From positions 139,571-203,570 of the forward strand of contig CAVVCK010000002.1 of the NCBI GenBank assembly GCA_963746775.1: a DNA stretch of 64,000 bases, written 5' to 3'. Below the pieces are notes generated by a model, which ran no database searches, was not told the origin of the DNA, and saw only the letters and a program-made list of their open reading frames with translations. How positions within the stretch are numbered: the stretch's first letter is position 1; every line of letters starts with the position of its first letter. The translations under genes were made by a program, and so were the position numbers. This document shows positions 10,736 through 22,358 of this stretch, piece by piece. The stretch comes from an uncultured bacterium (GTDB lineage Bacteria > Patescibacteriota > JABMPQ01 > CAVVCK01).

Positions 10736-11639
10736 TTACCTTACCAATTATTGATTGTAAATTTTGGATTTTCTCTTCTTCCATTATTTTTTTTACATCT
10801 TTCATCATTTTCCCAAATATTTTCCTATTGGAAAAATAAACAGCAGACCCTACACCAACCAAAGTTGCTCCAGCCAACATCATTTCCATTACATCTTCAC
10901 CCGTAGTTACTCCTCCCGTTCCAATTATTGGAATTTTTACAGCCTGAGCAATATCATAAACTGCTTTAACAGCCATAGGTTTTATAGCAGGTCCAGATAC
11001 TCCACCAAAACGATTAGTTAGAACAAATTTACGCGTTCTGACATCTATTAATGTTCCGTTAAAAGTATTAACAGCGCAAATAGCATCTGCTCCTGCACCC
11101 TCTACTGCCTTGGCAATTTCAGCAATGCTAACTACATTGGGCGATAATTTTACAATAACTTTTATCTTAGTATTTTTCTTAACTATTTTAGTTACTTCAG
11201 AAGCTAATTTAGGATCAGAAGCAAAAGGCTTCCCAAATTCGTCCTTAACATTAGGACAAGAAATATTCACCTCTATAAAATCAGGCTTGGCCTCTGATAT
11301 TTTTCTAGCTAATTTGCCAAATTCATCTACCTCCCCTGCAAAAATACTAGCAATTAGAGGTGCTCTACAATTTTTTTTATAATATTCAATTTCTTTAATA
11401 CTTTTTTCTACTCCAGCATTAGATAGGCCAACCGCATTAATTACAAAACAACTACCAGTTGTAATAGTAGGATTAATATGACCTTCGCGCGATTCTATTG
11501 ATACTGACTTCATAGTAACCCCGCCTGCTCCTTCTTTAATGTTTCTAACCATGCATGATCCAGTCACACCCAATATGCCCGAGGCGACCACTATAGGATT
11601 GTCAAATTTTTTACCTAGAAAATTTATTTGGGTATTCAT
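10725..11639 (-). CDS. pyrD: Dihydroorotate dehydrogenase class 1B catalytic subunit
   Basis: NAVGLSN, EVNISCPN, VKLSPN, GGVSGPAIKP. Confidence 0.95.
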   Translation of the reverse strand: MNTQINFLGKKFDNPIVVASGILGVTGSCMVRNIKEGAGGVTMKSVSIESREGHINPTITTGSCFVINAVGLSNAGVEKSIKEIEYYKKNCRAPLIASIFAGEVDEFGKLARKISEAKPDFIEVNISCPNVKDEFGKPFASDPKLASEVTKIVKKNTKIKVIVKLSPNVVSIAEIAKAVEGAGADAICAVNTFNGTLIDVRTRKFVLTNRFGGVSGPAIKPMAVKAVYDIAQAVKIPIIGTGGVTTGEDVMEMMLAGATLVGVGSAVYFSNRKIFGKMMKDVKKIMEEEKIQNLQSIIGKVIDK

Positions 11640-11675
11640 ATTTCTAATTTCTAATTTTTCTATTTATACACTTAT

Positions 11676-13289
11676 TTATCTTTTTTTCCTCAAAAGTTTA
11701 TTAATAGTATCGATAGCTACATCAACATTCGTTACTAAGGGTATGTCTTTTTCTAAAACCTTTGTTCTTATCAACTGTCCATCTGTTATAGATTTTTTCT
11801 TTTTACCATTAGGAATATTTATTACTAAATCAAATCTCTTATATTTAATAAAACTGGATATATTTGGTTTCTTTTTTTGTGATATTTTATACAAAACACT
11901 TACATTTTTTAATCCATTTTGCTCTAAATATTTAGCAGTACCTTCTGTGGCATATAATTTAACTTTTTGTTCAGCTAATTTTTTCACAAATGGCATTAAC
12001 TTACTCTTATCTTTGTTTTTACCAATACTGATTAAAATATTCTTTTTAATTCTTTTGGACATTTTCATTTGCAAGGTCCATAGCTCAATAAATCCAGGGC
12101 TAGCATTTTGATTAAATATTTCTGACTTCATAAAGGTAGCCATCTTTTCATCAAATAGAGCATCGGGAGATTTAATTGCTACCACTTCACAATTACCTTT
12201 GTATAATCTTAAAGTAACTATACCATTCACTTTTTTATTTACTTCATCTAAATAAGCATTCAAACTTTTCATTAATGGTTCATACCAAAATCCTCCATAA
12301 CATAAATAGGCCCACTCTTGATCTACTATAGTTTTAAATTTATTTTCTTGCCTAGTACACATAAATTTCTCAATTTCTCTGTGTGCTTTAATAATAGTAT
12401 GAGCAGCTGGCATCTCATATATTCCTCGTACTTTCAAGCCCACCACTCTATCTTCCAAATGATGAGAAATGCCTATTCCATGTCTGGCGGCTAATTTATT
12501 TAATTTAATAATCAAATCAGATAACTTCATTTCTTTGCCATTCAACGCAACTGGGATTCCTTTTACAAATTCTAATTTAATTTTTTCAGATTTATTCGGA
12601 GCTTTTTGAGGCAAGGTACATACTTGTAAAATTTTTTCCAAAGGAGGAATTAATTCTGGATTTTCTATTTCACCCCCTTCACCAGTTACACCCCACATAT
12701 TATCATCCCAGGAATATGGAACTGGCGTAGTTTTTTTAATTGGAATATTATGCTTCTTAGCATATTCTATTTCTTCTTCACGTCCCATGCCCCATTCTCG
12801 AACAGGTGCTATTACTTTCATATCAGGATTTAAGGTTATAACAGTACCTTCAATTCTTACTTGATCATTTCCCTTACCAGTACATCCATGAGCAATCGTA
12901 TCTGCCTTTTCTTGCTCTGCAACTTCAACGGCTATTTTGGCAAGCAAAGGACGGCCTAAGGGAGTAGATAAATGATATTTGCCTTGATAAGAAGCATTAG
13001 CTTTTATGCCCTTAGCTACATATTCTTCAGCAAACTCATCTTTTGCATCTACTACTATGCTTTTTAAAGCACCGAGTTTTATAGCTTTTTTTCTTATCTC
13101 TTCTAGATCATCCGCTTGCTGACCAATATCAATACATAATGCTATTACCTCTGCTTTATATACATCCTGAATCCACTTCAACATTACCGAAGTATCGAGA
13201 CCTCCTGAATAAAGTAAAACTACTTTATGAACTTCAGAAGGATCTGGTTCATAATAGGCTACCTTCACATACTTGTGTTCTTTTTGCAT
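11676..13289 (-). CDS. argG: Argininosuccinate synthase fused to a C-terminal MGS-like domain
   Basis: LYSGGLDTS, HGCTGKGNDQVR, EDRVVGLKVRGIYE. The extra ~125 C-terminal residues contain YATEGTAKYL, DLVINIP and DGQLIR, like the CarB MGS domain. Confidence 0.9.
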   Translation of the reverse strand: MQKEHKYVKVAYYEPDPSEVHKVVLLYSGGLDTSVMLKWIQDVYKAEVIALCIDIGQQADDLEEIRKKAIKLGALKSIVVDAKDEFAEEYVAKGIKANASYQGKYHLSTPLGRPLLAKIAVEVAEQEKADTIAHGCTGKGNDQVRIEGTVITLNPDMKVIAPVREWGMGREEEIEYAKKHNIPIKKTTPVPYSWDDNMWGVTGEGGEIENPELIPPLEKILQVCTLPQKAPNKSEKIKLEFVKGIPVALNGKEMKLSDLIIKLNKLAARHGIGISHHLEDRVVGLKVRGIYEMPAAHTIIKAHREIEKFMCTRQENKFKTIVDQEWAYLCYGGFWYEPLMKSLNAYLDEVNKKVNGIVTLRLYKGNCEVVAIKSPDALFDEKMATFMKSEIFNQNASPGFIELWTLQMKMSKRIKKNILISIGKNKDKSKLMPFVKKLAEQKVKLYATEGTAKYLEQNGLKNVSVLYKISQKKKPNISSFIKYKRFDLVINIPNGKKKKSITDGQLIRTKVLEKDIPLVTNVDVAIDTINKLLRKKR

Positions 13290-13298
13290 TTTTTTAAA

Positions 13299-14270
13299 TT
13301 ATTTTATATTTAATAAATTTATACCGTTAGTAGTTGCAATATTTACCAATTGATCGAAATCGTAATACCGGCAAGCTTCTTGAATCATTCTTACTTCAAA
13401 CCATATATTTCCATCATTGAATGGATTATAGAAATCACAAATATTATCAATCCCTAAGGCGACCGTTACTCCCGCCTCTATCATTTCGGGAATATTGGCT
13501 ATAGAATTATGAACTGGGGCACTATATTGATCTAATTGTTTCATACTAAGTGCTGCTGATGGGCAAACCACTACTCCGATTCCTGCATCAATTAAGCCTT
13601 TATAAATTTCTTGCCTGTATTTTTTATCTTGAGCTGCAACCGATAAAGCGTGAATTGCTACCACTCTTCCTTCATATTTATATTTTTTTGTATATTTTAT
13701 CAATTTCTCTGTATCACGCTCATTAGGATTATTTTCTTGGTCTATATGTACATGAATAGGTTTATTTAAATTTCTTGCTATGGAAAATAAATAATCAAAA
13801 TTTTTATTATCCTCTGGCCTATCCTTTGAAGGAAGACCACCGGCTACATCTGCTTTAGCTGTTATTTCTTCATAAATTTTCCTCTCATTACTATCCACTA
13901 ATCCCCCCAAGGATTGAGTTATAGTTTTAAAATTAATTTTATTTTTATATTCTTCTTTTACTTTTAGGACTGCATCTATATTTTTATGTCCCACAGCGCT
14001 ATAGGCATCTATAAAACTGCATGTATTTTTACATCCTTGAGCAATTAATATATCTAAAGCCGTTTTAATTCTATCCATTACTTCTTCCTCGGTTGATTTT
14101 TTCTTTATATCATCACTCATAAGCCATTTCTCTTCCATATCAACCATGCTCTTATTAAGTCCTTCGCGAGTTATATAAAAAGCTTTATCAAAATGTCCAT
14201 GGCAATTTACAAATCCGCCTTTATCTTTTACTTTTTCTAAAAATTGTTTTTTTAAGTTCCACTTTTCCAT
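13299..14270 (-). CDS. Cytosine-deaminase-like amidohydrolase
   Basis: NCHGHFD, HVHIDQ, AIHA, LGIDNICD metal ligands. Confidence 0.75.
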   Translation of the reverse strand: MEKWNLKKQFLEKVKDKGGFVNCHGHFDKAFYITREGLNKSMVDMEEKWLMSDDIKKKSTEEEVMDRIKTALDILIAQGCKNTCSFIDAYSAVGHKNIDAVLKVKEEYKNKINFKTITQSLGGLVDSNERKIYEEITAKADVAGGLPSKDRPEDNKNFDYLFSIARNLNKPIHVHIDQENNPNERDTEKLIKYTKKYKYEGRVVAIHALSVAAQDKKYRQEIYKGLIDAGIGVVVCPSAALSMKQLDQYSAPVHNSIANIPEMIEAGVTVALGIDNICDFYNPFNDGNIWFEVRMIQEACRYYDFDQLVNIATTNGINLLNIK

Positions 14271-14293
14271 TTTTTTACTTAAATTTTTTACTT

Positions 14294-14321
14294 AAAAAAA
14301 CACCCCCGATTTAGGGGGTGC
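14294..14321 (-). terminator. Intrinsic terminator in the operon leader (attenuator-like)
   Basis: Minus strand CACCCCC-TAAATC-GGGGGTG-T7, ending about 24 nt before the first start codon. Confidence 0.75.
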
Positions 14322-14464
14322 TATTGTTAAAACTGATAGAGACGACCAATGAATATATGATCCTCCATTGATTTATGATATTGAATTTTATTCTTGATTT
14401 TCAATTTTTACTTTATTAAATACCCCGCAAATTTCTTACGAGGTAATTTTTATTACTTTTATTT

Positions 14465-14493
14465 ATTTTATTCTATATTTAATGCTATGTCAA
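14465..14493 (-). promoter_or_regulatory. Sigma70 promoter of the deaminase/argG/pyr operon
   Basis: TTGACA-17 nt-TAAAAT on the minus strand; DnaA-box 9-mer at 14502-14510. Confidence 0.7.
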
Positions 14494-14533
14494 AGGGGTA
14501 GTTATCCACAAGGGATTATGATCCACAGAATTT

Positions 14534-15724
14534 TTATAGTTTATGCCCCATCCTATCCTTCTTAGTTTTTAAATACTTCTTATTATACTTATTAGCTTTT
14601 ATTTTAACTGGAACAACTTTATTGATTTCTAACCCATACCCTTCTAACCCTATGACCTTACATGGATTATTAGTCATTAAATTAATCGATGTAAGCCCTA
14701 AATCTGTTAAAATTTGTGCCCCGATCCCGTAGTCTCTTAAATCACATTTATAGCCTAGCTTCTTATTGGCATCTACGGTATCCAACCCCCGATCTTGCAA
14801 ACCATAAGCTTTTAATTTTGCTTCCAGTCCAATTCCTCTTCCTTCTTGTCTCATATATAGAATTACTCCCTGCCCTTTCTCTTGAATTATTTTCATAGCT
14901 TCTTGTAATTGTTCCCCACAATCACATCTTTTGGAATAAAAAACATCCCCAGTTAAACATTCCGAATGCACCCTTACCAAAATATTTTTTTTATTTTTTA
15001 CCTGACCCTTTATTAAGGCTAAATGTAAATAATTATCAATTTTTGACTCATAAAGCTTAATTCTAAATTCTCCAAAATCTGTAGGAAGTTTTGTCTCAAC
15101 AACTTTTTTTATTAATTTTTCACGCGACTGTCTATACCTAATCAAATCAGCTATCGATATTATTTTTAATTTGTGCAGTTTAGCAAATTTTCTCAATTCA
15201 GGAAGTCTTGCCATTGTTCCATTTTCATTCATAATCTCACATATTACTCCAGCAGGATATAATCCAGATAGTCTTGCTAAATCAACAGCGGCTTCCGTAT
15301 GTCCGGCTCTTTTTAATACCCCGCCTTCTTTAGCACTTAAGGGAAATAAATGCCCAGGACGAGCTAAGTCTTTGGGTTTAGTTTTTGAACTTATTAAAGC
15401 TTTAACTGTCTTAGCTCTATCAGAAGCAGATATCCCTGTAGTTGTTCCCATTTTTACATCAACAGATACTGTAAAAGCAGTTCCATGTACATCCTCATTT
15501 TTCTGCAGCATGGGATTAATATCAAGCTCACTTAATCTCTTAGCCTCCATAGGCATACATATTAATCCTCTGCCAAAACACGCCATAAAATTTATGGCTT
15601 TACTGTTTGCATATTTTGCAGCCACTATTAAATCACCTTCGTTTTCTCTATCTTCATCATCAACGACTATTATAAATTTGCCTGATTTAAAATCTTTTAT
15701 GGCTTGTTGTATAGTGTTTAACAT
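14534..15724 (-). CDS. ribBA: Bifunctional DHBP synthase / GTP cyclohydrolase II
   Basis: [43 protein letters not shown]; start placed at MLNTIQQAI. Confidence 0.95.
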   Translation of the reverse strand: MLNTIQQAIKDFKSGKFIIVVDDEDRENEGDLIVAAKYANSKAINFMACFGRGLICMPMEAKRLSELDINPMLQKNEDVHGTAFTVSVDVKMGTTTGISASDRAKTVKALISSKTKPKDLARPGHLFPLSAKEGGVLKRAGHTEAAVDLARLSGLYPAGVICEIMNENGTMARLPELRKFAKLHKLKIISIADLIRYRQSREKLIKKVVETKLPTDFGEFRIKLYESKIDNYLHLALIKGQVKNKKNILVRVHSECLTGDVFYSKRCDCGEQLQEAMKIIQEKGQGVILYMRQEGRGIGLEAKLKAYGLQDRGLDTVDANKKLGYKCDLRDYGIGAQILTDLGLTSINLMTNNPCKVIGLEGYGLEINKVVPVKIKANKYNKKYLKTKKDRMGHKL

Positions 15725-15846
15725 ATTTATGATATGAAAATTTGTTATTTGGAAAATAGAAATTAGTAATAAATACTTGAAATTAGAAAATAGTTTATCA
15801 ATTCCCATTTTCTATTTTCTATTACCATTTTCCAACTTCTAAATAG

Positions 15847-16932
15847 CTATTTTCCTTCTTTTACAAATCCCCTCACCATCAAATTATCCTCCAATCTCTT
15901 AATTTCAACATCCTTTAACTTTAAAATCTTATCAAGCTTATCTAAAATTGGCAATTCTCCTTTTCCAAACATTTCCAAAGCTATAAATAAATATATTTCA
16001 TCAATCAGCTTTTGATTTATAAATTCAGTAGCAGTTTTTTGTCCTCCTTCAACTAATAAGCTAATAATTTTTAACTTACCTAATTCTTTTAATAATCTTT
16101 TTAAATCAAATTTATTATTTTTAATATCTAACTCTAAAAATCTTATCCCCTTTCTTTCCAGCTGCTTAATTTTATTAGATGCTAAATCTTTTTTTACAAC
16201 CATAACAGTTCCCTTTCGCAAAACCTTAGATTTTAAATCAATTTTTAAATTAGGATCTAAAATTATTGGAATAATTTTACTTTTACTATTTTTTAATCTC
16301 ACATTTAGTTCGGGGTTGTCATTCTTAATAGTATTTATGCCCACTAAAATAGCATCTATGCTACTTCTTATTTTATGAACATATTCTAAAGATTTTTTAT
16401 TAGTTATATATTTATCACTGGAATGAGTAATTTTACCATCCAAACTCATCCCACTTTTCCAAATTATATAAGGCCTACCAGTTTTTATATATTTAAAAAA
16501 ATATTTATTTAAATCAATCGCTTCTTTTTTCATTAAGCCTAATTCAGCTTCAATATTATTTTCTCTTAATTTTTTTATTCCCCTACCGTTCACTTTTTTA
16601 TTTGGATCTTTACAGGCTACTATAACTTTCTTAATTTTTCTTTTTATAATTTCATTAACACAAGGAGGAGTATTCCCAAGGTGGCAACATGGCTCTAAAT
16701 TAACATATAAGATTGAGCCATTTATTTTATTTTTATTACCTCGATTTATAGCATCTTCTATAGCTTCAATTTCCGCATGATTCGAGCCATATTCTTTATG
16801 ATATCCTTGACCAATTATCTTATTATTTCTAATTAAAACAGCACCAACTAAAGGATTTGGTGAAACTTCACCTTCACCCAATTTAGCTAGTTCTATTACT
16901 TTTTCCATTATAGTCTTATCTTTATCAATCAT
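15847..16932 (-). CDS. ribD: Riboflavin deaminase/reductase
   Basis: PNPLVGAV, HAEIEA, LEPCCH..TPPC, SLDGKI, VEGG. Confidence 0.95.
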   Translation of the reverse strand: MIDKDKTIMEKVIELAKLGEGEVSPNPLVGAVLIRNNKIIGQGYHKEYGSNHAEIEAIEDAINRGNKNKINGSILYVNLEPCCHLGNTPPCVNEIIKRKIKKVIVACKDPNKKVNGRGIKKLRENNIEAELGLMKKEAIDLNKYFFKYIKTGRPYIIWKSGMSLDGKITHSSDKYITNKKSLEYVHKIRSSIDAILVGINTIKNDNPELNVRLKNSKSKIIPIILDPNLKIDLKSKVLRKGTVMVVKKDLASNKIKQLERKGIRFLELDIKNNKFDLKRLLKELGKLKIISLLVEGGQKTATEFINQKLIDEIYLFIALEMFGKGELPILDKLDKILKLKDVEIKRLEDNLMVRGFVKEGK

Positions 16933-17042
16933 AAATATTGGCTATTTATATATTATTATTTTACTGTTATAATACATTTTATAAATAATATTCAGTATTA
17001 TTTAGTATATTAATATTAGTTAAACAAAGCAAATAAAAACAC

Positions 17043-17456
17043 ATGCTGCCCCTTCAAAAACAAAAAAACTATGGTTTTACCTTAGTTGAACTACTAGTAG
17101 TGATAGCTATTATTGGTATTTTGGCTTCTTTGATGTATGTTTCTTTTGTTAGAACCAAACAAAAAGGTCAAGATGCTAGTATTAAAAGTGACTTAAGACA
17201 AATTGCTCTAGCTATGGAAATGGCTTATGACCACAATCAAGCCTACCTCACTTCTGAAAATATCCCCGCTTCTATTACAGTTGATGGTAATGAATATTTG
17301 AGGAATATTCCAGAAAACCCACAAGGCAATAATTATGACTGGACTAATAATATAGAAAATAGTCAAACATATTGCGCAGGCTCAGATTTGAAATTAGAAG
17401 ATTATTTTAGGTGTGATGAAAATGGGTGTAAGGAAACTACAAATGTTTGTCCTTAA
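17043..17456 (+). CDS. Type IV pilin / pseudopilin
   Basis: Prepilin motif G|FTLVELLVVIAIIGILA; C-terminal cysteines. Confidence 0.9.
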   Translation: MLPLQKQKNYGFTLVELLVVIAIIGILASLMYVSFVRTKQKGQDASIKSDLRQIALAMEMAYDHNQAYLTSENIPASITVDGNEYLRNIPENPQGNNYDWTNNIENSQTYCAGSDLKLEDYFRCDENGCKETTNVCP

Positions 17457-18597
17457 CTTTATCATTAAATATATTTTAATTTAATAAATTTGGGCAATGT
17501 TAATTAAATAAAAAAAGAGATCAGAAGATCCCTTTTTTTATTTAGCCACAGATTTAGCAAATTAAATTATTAAAAATCTTTTCTTATTCAAGATTCTAAA
17601 TTCTATTCCCTAATTCACTCCATGCCAATTTTCTATAACTGCTATATCTGCTCCGTTTCTTAAGGTTTCATCGCCAAAAGCAAAGAAATTAGGCCATGTC
17701 CTCCATTTTCCAGTGGGCTCAAAAGCTAGCACTTGCGGCCCATTAGAACCTATAGGGGAAATTAAAAGTTCATCTTTGCCATCAAGGTCAATATCACCTG
17801 GAATATTCTTAAAGTTTCCTCTAACATTCTGTTGGTAAACCCACCAGAAATTCTTTCTAGCACCATTCTTATCAAAAACATTAACTTGAGAAGAGCCATT
17901 ATTGGGAGTAGTGTAAATTCTATCTTCTATGCCGGCAGCAGTTAAACCCTGGTTTATAGGAGCATCATAAGCCCAAAAGTCTTTCTTAAGAGTCCCACCT
18001 ACGGTATAGATCCAGACCTTGGGTTCAGCTACACCATGATTAGGGGTAACTAATAATTCTTCTGCCCCGTCATCATACTGGAATGTTCCTAAGTTGCAGC
18101 CATTAGCGCCATATGGAGCATCAAATTGATTAATTAATTCCCAGTTATCTACGCCAGTAGCATCTTTAAATATTTTAACGCGTGGACTGTAATCTCCTGT
18201 GAGACAAGCTGCTATGTCATCTTGAAAACCATCATTATCAAAATCTCCGGAAACCATAGAAAGACCATCTCTAATAGAGCTGGTATTAGCTTTATCATCG
18301 GGTTTTTGGAAAAGGAACATTTGTCCTTTAAGTACTAGAGAACCATCTTCTCTGAGGCCCATAACTCTTGCTTGAGGACCACCATTATTAATCGCAAAGA
18401 TTACAAACTGATCCTTTACTCCATTATTGTTTTGATCAATGGACACTATGCCTGCTCCACCAAGATAAGAAGGTGGGAAAAGACCTTCGTTAATTTTAAC
18501 ATCCGTTGCATTACCATGTCTATCATAAGCCCAAAGACGAGTTGTCTCTCCTGGACCGGAGGTGGTGAGGATTTTGGGGGAGAGGATGGGGGTAAGA

Positions 18598-18662
18598 TCA
18601 GTATCAGTATCTGTATAGTATCAGTATCAGTATCAGTATCAGTATCTGTATCAGTTGTATCT
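18598..18662 (-). repeat. (GATACT/GATACA)n hexamer tract encoding an Asp-Thr linker
   Basis: About 10 units, one missing a base. Confidence 0.85.
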
Positions 18663-18959
18663 GTGTCATCGCCTGTGGAAGTATCTAGAATGATAGTATC
18701 TGATATGATACTACTTGCTCCTTGAGCATTGCCTATTCTTGCATAGACTGTTTTTGTGCCATCTCCTGTAGTTAAGGTGTGAGTGGTCGTTGCACTAAAT
18801 GGTATGGCTGTACCATCTGATAAATCTGATTGGTTGCCTATTATCATGTAGGTAGCACCGCTATAGGATGAAAAAGTTAGGTCTACTTCTCTGATAGTGG
18901 TAGTGGAGGCTGCGGAGTTTATGGAGAGAGTGGGGTTGGAGGGGGATGTCGAGGTGGTG

Positions 18960-19900
18960 GCGTATTTAAGGGAGCCGGCTGTTTCATCATAATAGCTAAT
19001 GTGTAGATTATCTGATGAGTCAAGAGCGATAGAAGTATATAACCCAACACTATCAGCACCACCATTATCTACTACTGTACTTACCCAGCTACCTGATTGG
19101 TTGGTGGAATATTTTAGATCACCATCTGTAAAATCACCATAGCTAATGTGTACCTTATCCGAAGAGTCGAGAGCTATAGAAGTACAAAAACTAACATCAT
19201 TAGTACCTCCTCCATTATCTACTACTGTACTTACCCAGCTACCTGATTGGTTAGTGGCATATTCTAGAACACCATCTGAAGCATCACCATAGCTAATATG
19301 TACATTATCTGAAGAGTCGATAGCGATAGAAGTATCATATCCAACAGCATGAAGACTATCATCTACTGCTGTACTTACCCAGCTACCTGATTGGTTAGTG
19401 GCATATTTTAGATCATTATCTGTATAATCTTGATAGCTAATATGTACCTTATCTAATGAGTCGAGAGCTATGGAAGTATAAATTCCAACTCTATTAGCAC
19501 CACCATTATCTACTATCTCATTTTCAAAACTACCTGATTGGTTAGTAGCATATTTTAGATCATGATCTGTAAAATCACCATAGCTAATGTGTACCTTATC
19601 CGAAGAGTCGAGAGCTATAGAAGTAAAAATTCCAACACTATTAGCACCACCATTATCTACTATCTCATTTTCAAAACTACCTGATTGGTTAGTAGCATAT
19701 TTTAAATCACCAGCTATTTCATCACCATAGCTAATATGAACATTATCTGAAGAGTCGAGAGCTATGGAAGTATAAACTTCACTATGAATTTCAGTAGTAC
19801 CTACTCCATTATCTACTACTGTACTTACCCAGCTACCTGATTGGTTGGTAGTATACATAAGATTGCCTAATTCATGATTATAATAGCTTATATGAACATA
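18960..19900 (-). repeat. Intragenic ~49-aa tandem repeats (SIALDSSDKVHISY..LKYATNQSGSW)
   Basis: 6-7 units, near-identical at DNA level. Confidence 0.85.
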
Positions 19901-20244
19901 ACCCAAAGAATCTATTGCTATTGAATCAAATTCACCATAATTAGTGGAACTATAATCTATATCTTCTATTGTCCAAGAAGCAGCTTTTACTTGATTTGGA
20001 AAACTTAAATTAATTACACCACATAGAGATGTTACTGTTATGATTGATATTAGCAGTAGGAATGATTTAGAGAAAAATGTTTTAATTCTTTTTTTCATAT
20101 TTTATTTATTTTAATAAATTATTATGCTTTATTATACTTCAATTTGTTAAATATGTCATTAATGAGAGCTGTGGATAAAATTTCAATCAAAAAAGAGACC
20201 TCATTACAAGATCTCTTTTGTATTTTCTAATTACTAACCACACT

Positions 20245-22173
20245 CTAATTAACCCCATGATAATTATCTATTACCGCTATCCCCACTCCATTGCGAAGTG
20301 TCTCATCGCCAAAAGCAAAGAAATTAGGCCAGGTTCTCCATTTGCCTGAGGGCTCATAGGCTAGAACTTGGGGACCGTTAGAGCCTATAGGAGAGACTAA
20401 CAATTCATCGATGCCATCTAAATCGATATCTCCGGCAACATTGGTATAATCTCCTCTAATATGTTCCTGATAGGCCCACCAGAAGTTCTTTCTATTACCC
20501 TCTCTGTCAAAAACATTTATTTGGGAAGAACCGTTATTGGGAGTAGTATAGATTCGATCTTGAATACCAGAAGCTGTAAGTCCTGACTGAACACCTGCAC
20601 CATAGGCAGCAAATTGTTTTTGCAAAGTTCCATTTATCCAGTAAATATAAACATTAGGTGAAGCCATACCATGATTAGGAGTAACCAGAAGATCATTTCC
20701 CCCGCTATCATATTGAAAAGTGCCCAAATTACAGCCTACATTACCAAATGGTGCGCTAAATTCATGGGCTAGGTTCCAATTATCTATGCCTCTAACATCA
20801 GTATATACTCTAACTATAGGAACTCTATTCCCTGTTAAACAAAAAGCCGCATCATCTTGATAGCCATCATTATCAAAATCTCCACTAGTGGCTGATAAGC
20901 CATCTCTAATGTTAGAATCAAAAACAAATTGCTGTCCTAAGTAAGAAATAGTTTTATCTTCTTTAATGCCTATTACTCTGGCCTGAGGGCCACCGTTATG
21001 GATCGCGAAAATTAAGGCTTGATCCTTGACGCCATTGTTATTGCTATCGATAGATACTACTCCAGCACCACCAGCGTAGGAATCAGGGAAAAGTCCGGTA
21101 ATTACATCCCCCGTAGCAACACCTTTTCTATCATAGACTTGAGCCCTGGTTACCTCTCCGGGACCAGAAGTAGTGATTATTTTAGGAGAAATAGTAGCAC
21201 CAGATTCGGTAGTACGGGAGGCAGTGTCTTCATCTGAAGAGCTATCATCGGAGGAGTCATCGGAATCGTCTGAATCGTCTGAGCTATTACCAGCTAATTG
21301 CGCCATCATACTCCAAAAAGCCTGGCCTTTCTGATAGCAGTTAAAACAATGAGTATGGGCACAGCAGGTCTCGGGAGTACAATAACTGCAATAAGGGCTA
21401 CTGGAATGGCTGGCGCACCAGGTAGCACACCAGCTGCATTTTTCTGTTTCATTGGGATAAAAATTACCATCCGGGTCATAGCTTTCGATATCAGCAAAAT
21501 CATACAAAACTTTATTATTAGCTCGAGCTAGAGTTCTTATCTGTTCGTTGCGAGCATCGGTATTGGTTTTATCGCCATATGGCCAGTCATCATCATATAA
21601 ATGGCTAGTCATATAAACAAAGGTTACATTGGGATAATCTGCCTCTAATTTTCCCATTTCACTAAAATATCTATTAATACCTGCTTCTGTCGCATCTTGT
21701 ACTCCTGCACACCAAGACCACATTACTACATTAATAGATGAATCTGCATCTAATGCTTCACGGGTAATATAATACCAATCAGTGTAATCATAGGGATTCC
21801 AATCGCCTGTATGACCCAAATCAGTCTCGTAATGATCATCAATATATAACGAACCTGATTCACTGCCTGAGGTGTGATATTTATAAATACCCCCCTCAAC
21901 TTCTTCTATTCTGGAAAGTCCGGTAATAACTTGGCTTCCATGAGAAGTATGATTATAATATACCCTCAAATTTGATTTAGCATTATTGATAGCCGTCTCC
22001 GAAAGACCGCTTAGCGTTGCATCATTATGGTCAATAATTAAAGGGCTTGTTCGAGCTGCTTTTGCTTCTTTGGGCGTTTTAGAAAAAAATCCTCCCCAAA
22101 AAAACAAAGCTGTTACTAGAAAAAATACCATGCTATATACAAGATACTTTTTCTTTCTAAACATTTTTTTCAT
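20245..22173 (-). CDS. Secreted protein: putative hydrolase-like domain, Asp/Ser linker, shared C-terminal FG-GAP-like domain
   Basis: Signal peptide, YNHTSHGSQ and Cys-rich segment; C-terminus PKIITTSGPGE..WRTWPNFFAFGD. Confidence 0.75.
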   Translation of the reverse strand: MKKMFRKKKYLVYSMVFFLVTALFFWGGFFSKTPKEAKAARTSPLIIDHNDATLSGLSETAINNAKSNLRVYYNHTSHGSQVITGLSRIEEVEGGIYKYHTSGSESGSLYIDDHYETDLGHTGDWNPYDYTDWYYITREALDADSSINVVMWSWCAGVQDATEAGINRYFSEMGKLEADYPNVTFVYMTSHLYDDDWPYGDKTNTDARNEQIRTLARANNKVLYDFADIESYDPDGNFYPNETEKCSWCATWCASHSSSPYCSYCTPETCCAHTHCFNCYQKGQAFWSMMAQLAGNSSDDSDDSDDSSDDSSSDEDTASRTTESGATISPKIITTSGPGEVTRAQVYDRKGVATGDVITGLFPDSYAGGAGVVSIDSNNNGVKDQALIFAIHNGGPQARVIGIKEDKTISYLGQQFVFDSNIRDGLSATSGDFDNDGYQDDAAFCLTGNRVPIVRVYTDVRGIDNWNLAHEFSAPFGNVGCNLGTFQYDSGGNDLLVTPNHGMASPNVYIYWINGTLQKQFAAYGAGVQSGLTASGIQDRIYTTPNNGSSQINVFDREGNRKNFWWAYQEHIRGDYTNVAGDIDLDGIDELLVSPIGSNGPQVLAYEPSGKWRTWPNFFAFGDETLRNGVGIAVIDNYHGVN

Positions 22174-22358
22174 TTTGTTTTATATTATTTAAATGTAAGA
22201 AATTAGCTGTATAGAAATTTGAAGTTGGTAATAGAAACTGGAAATTAGATAAAAGATTTTCACTACTTTCTATTTTCTAATTTCCATTACAAATTTCTAT
22301 TTTCCAAATAACTATTTTCCTTTGTATTCTGTGTATCTTAGTAAAATAATAATTATTA

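Larger units (their letters stand above)
17610..20098 (-). pseudogene. Secreted beta-propeller repeat protein with the shared C-terminal domain, split by a 1-bp frameshift
   Basis: ORFs 18446-20098 and 17610-18446 join into one ~829 aa frame (..DLTPILSPKILTTSGPGETTRLWAYDR..) if one base is restored at 18616/18617. Confidence 0.8.
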
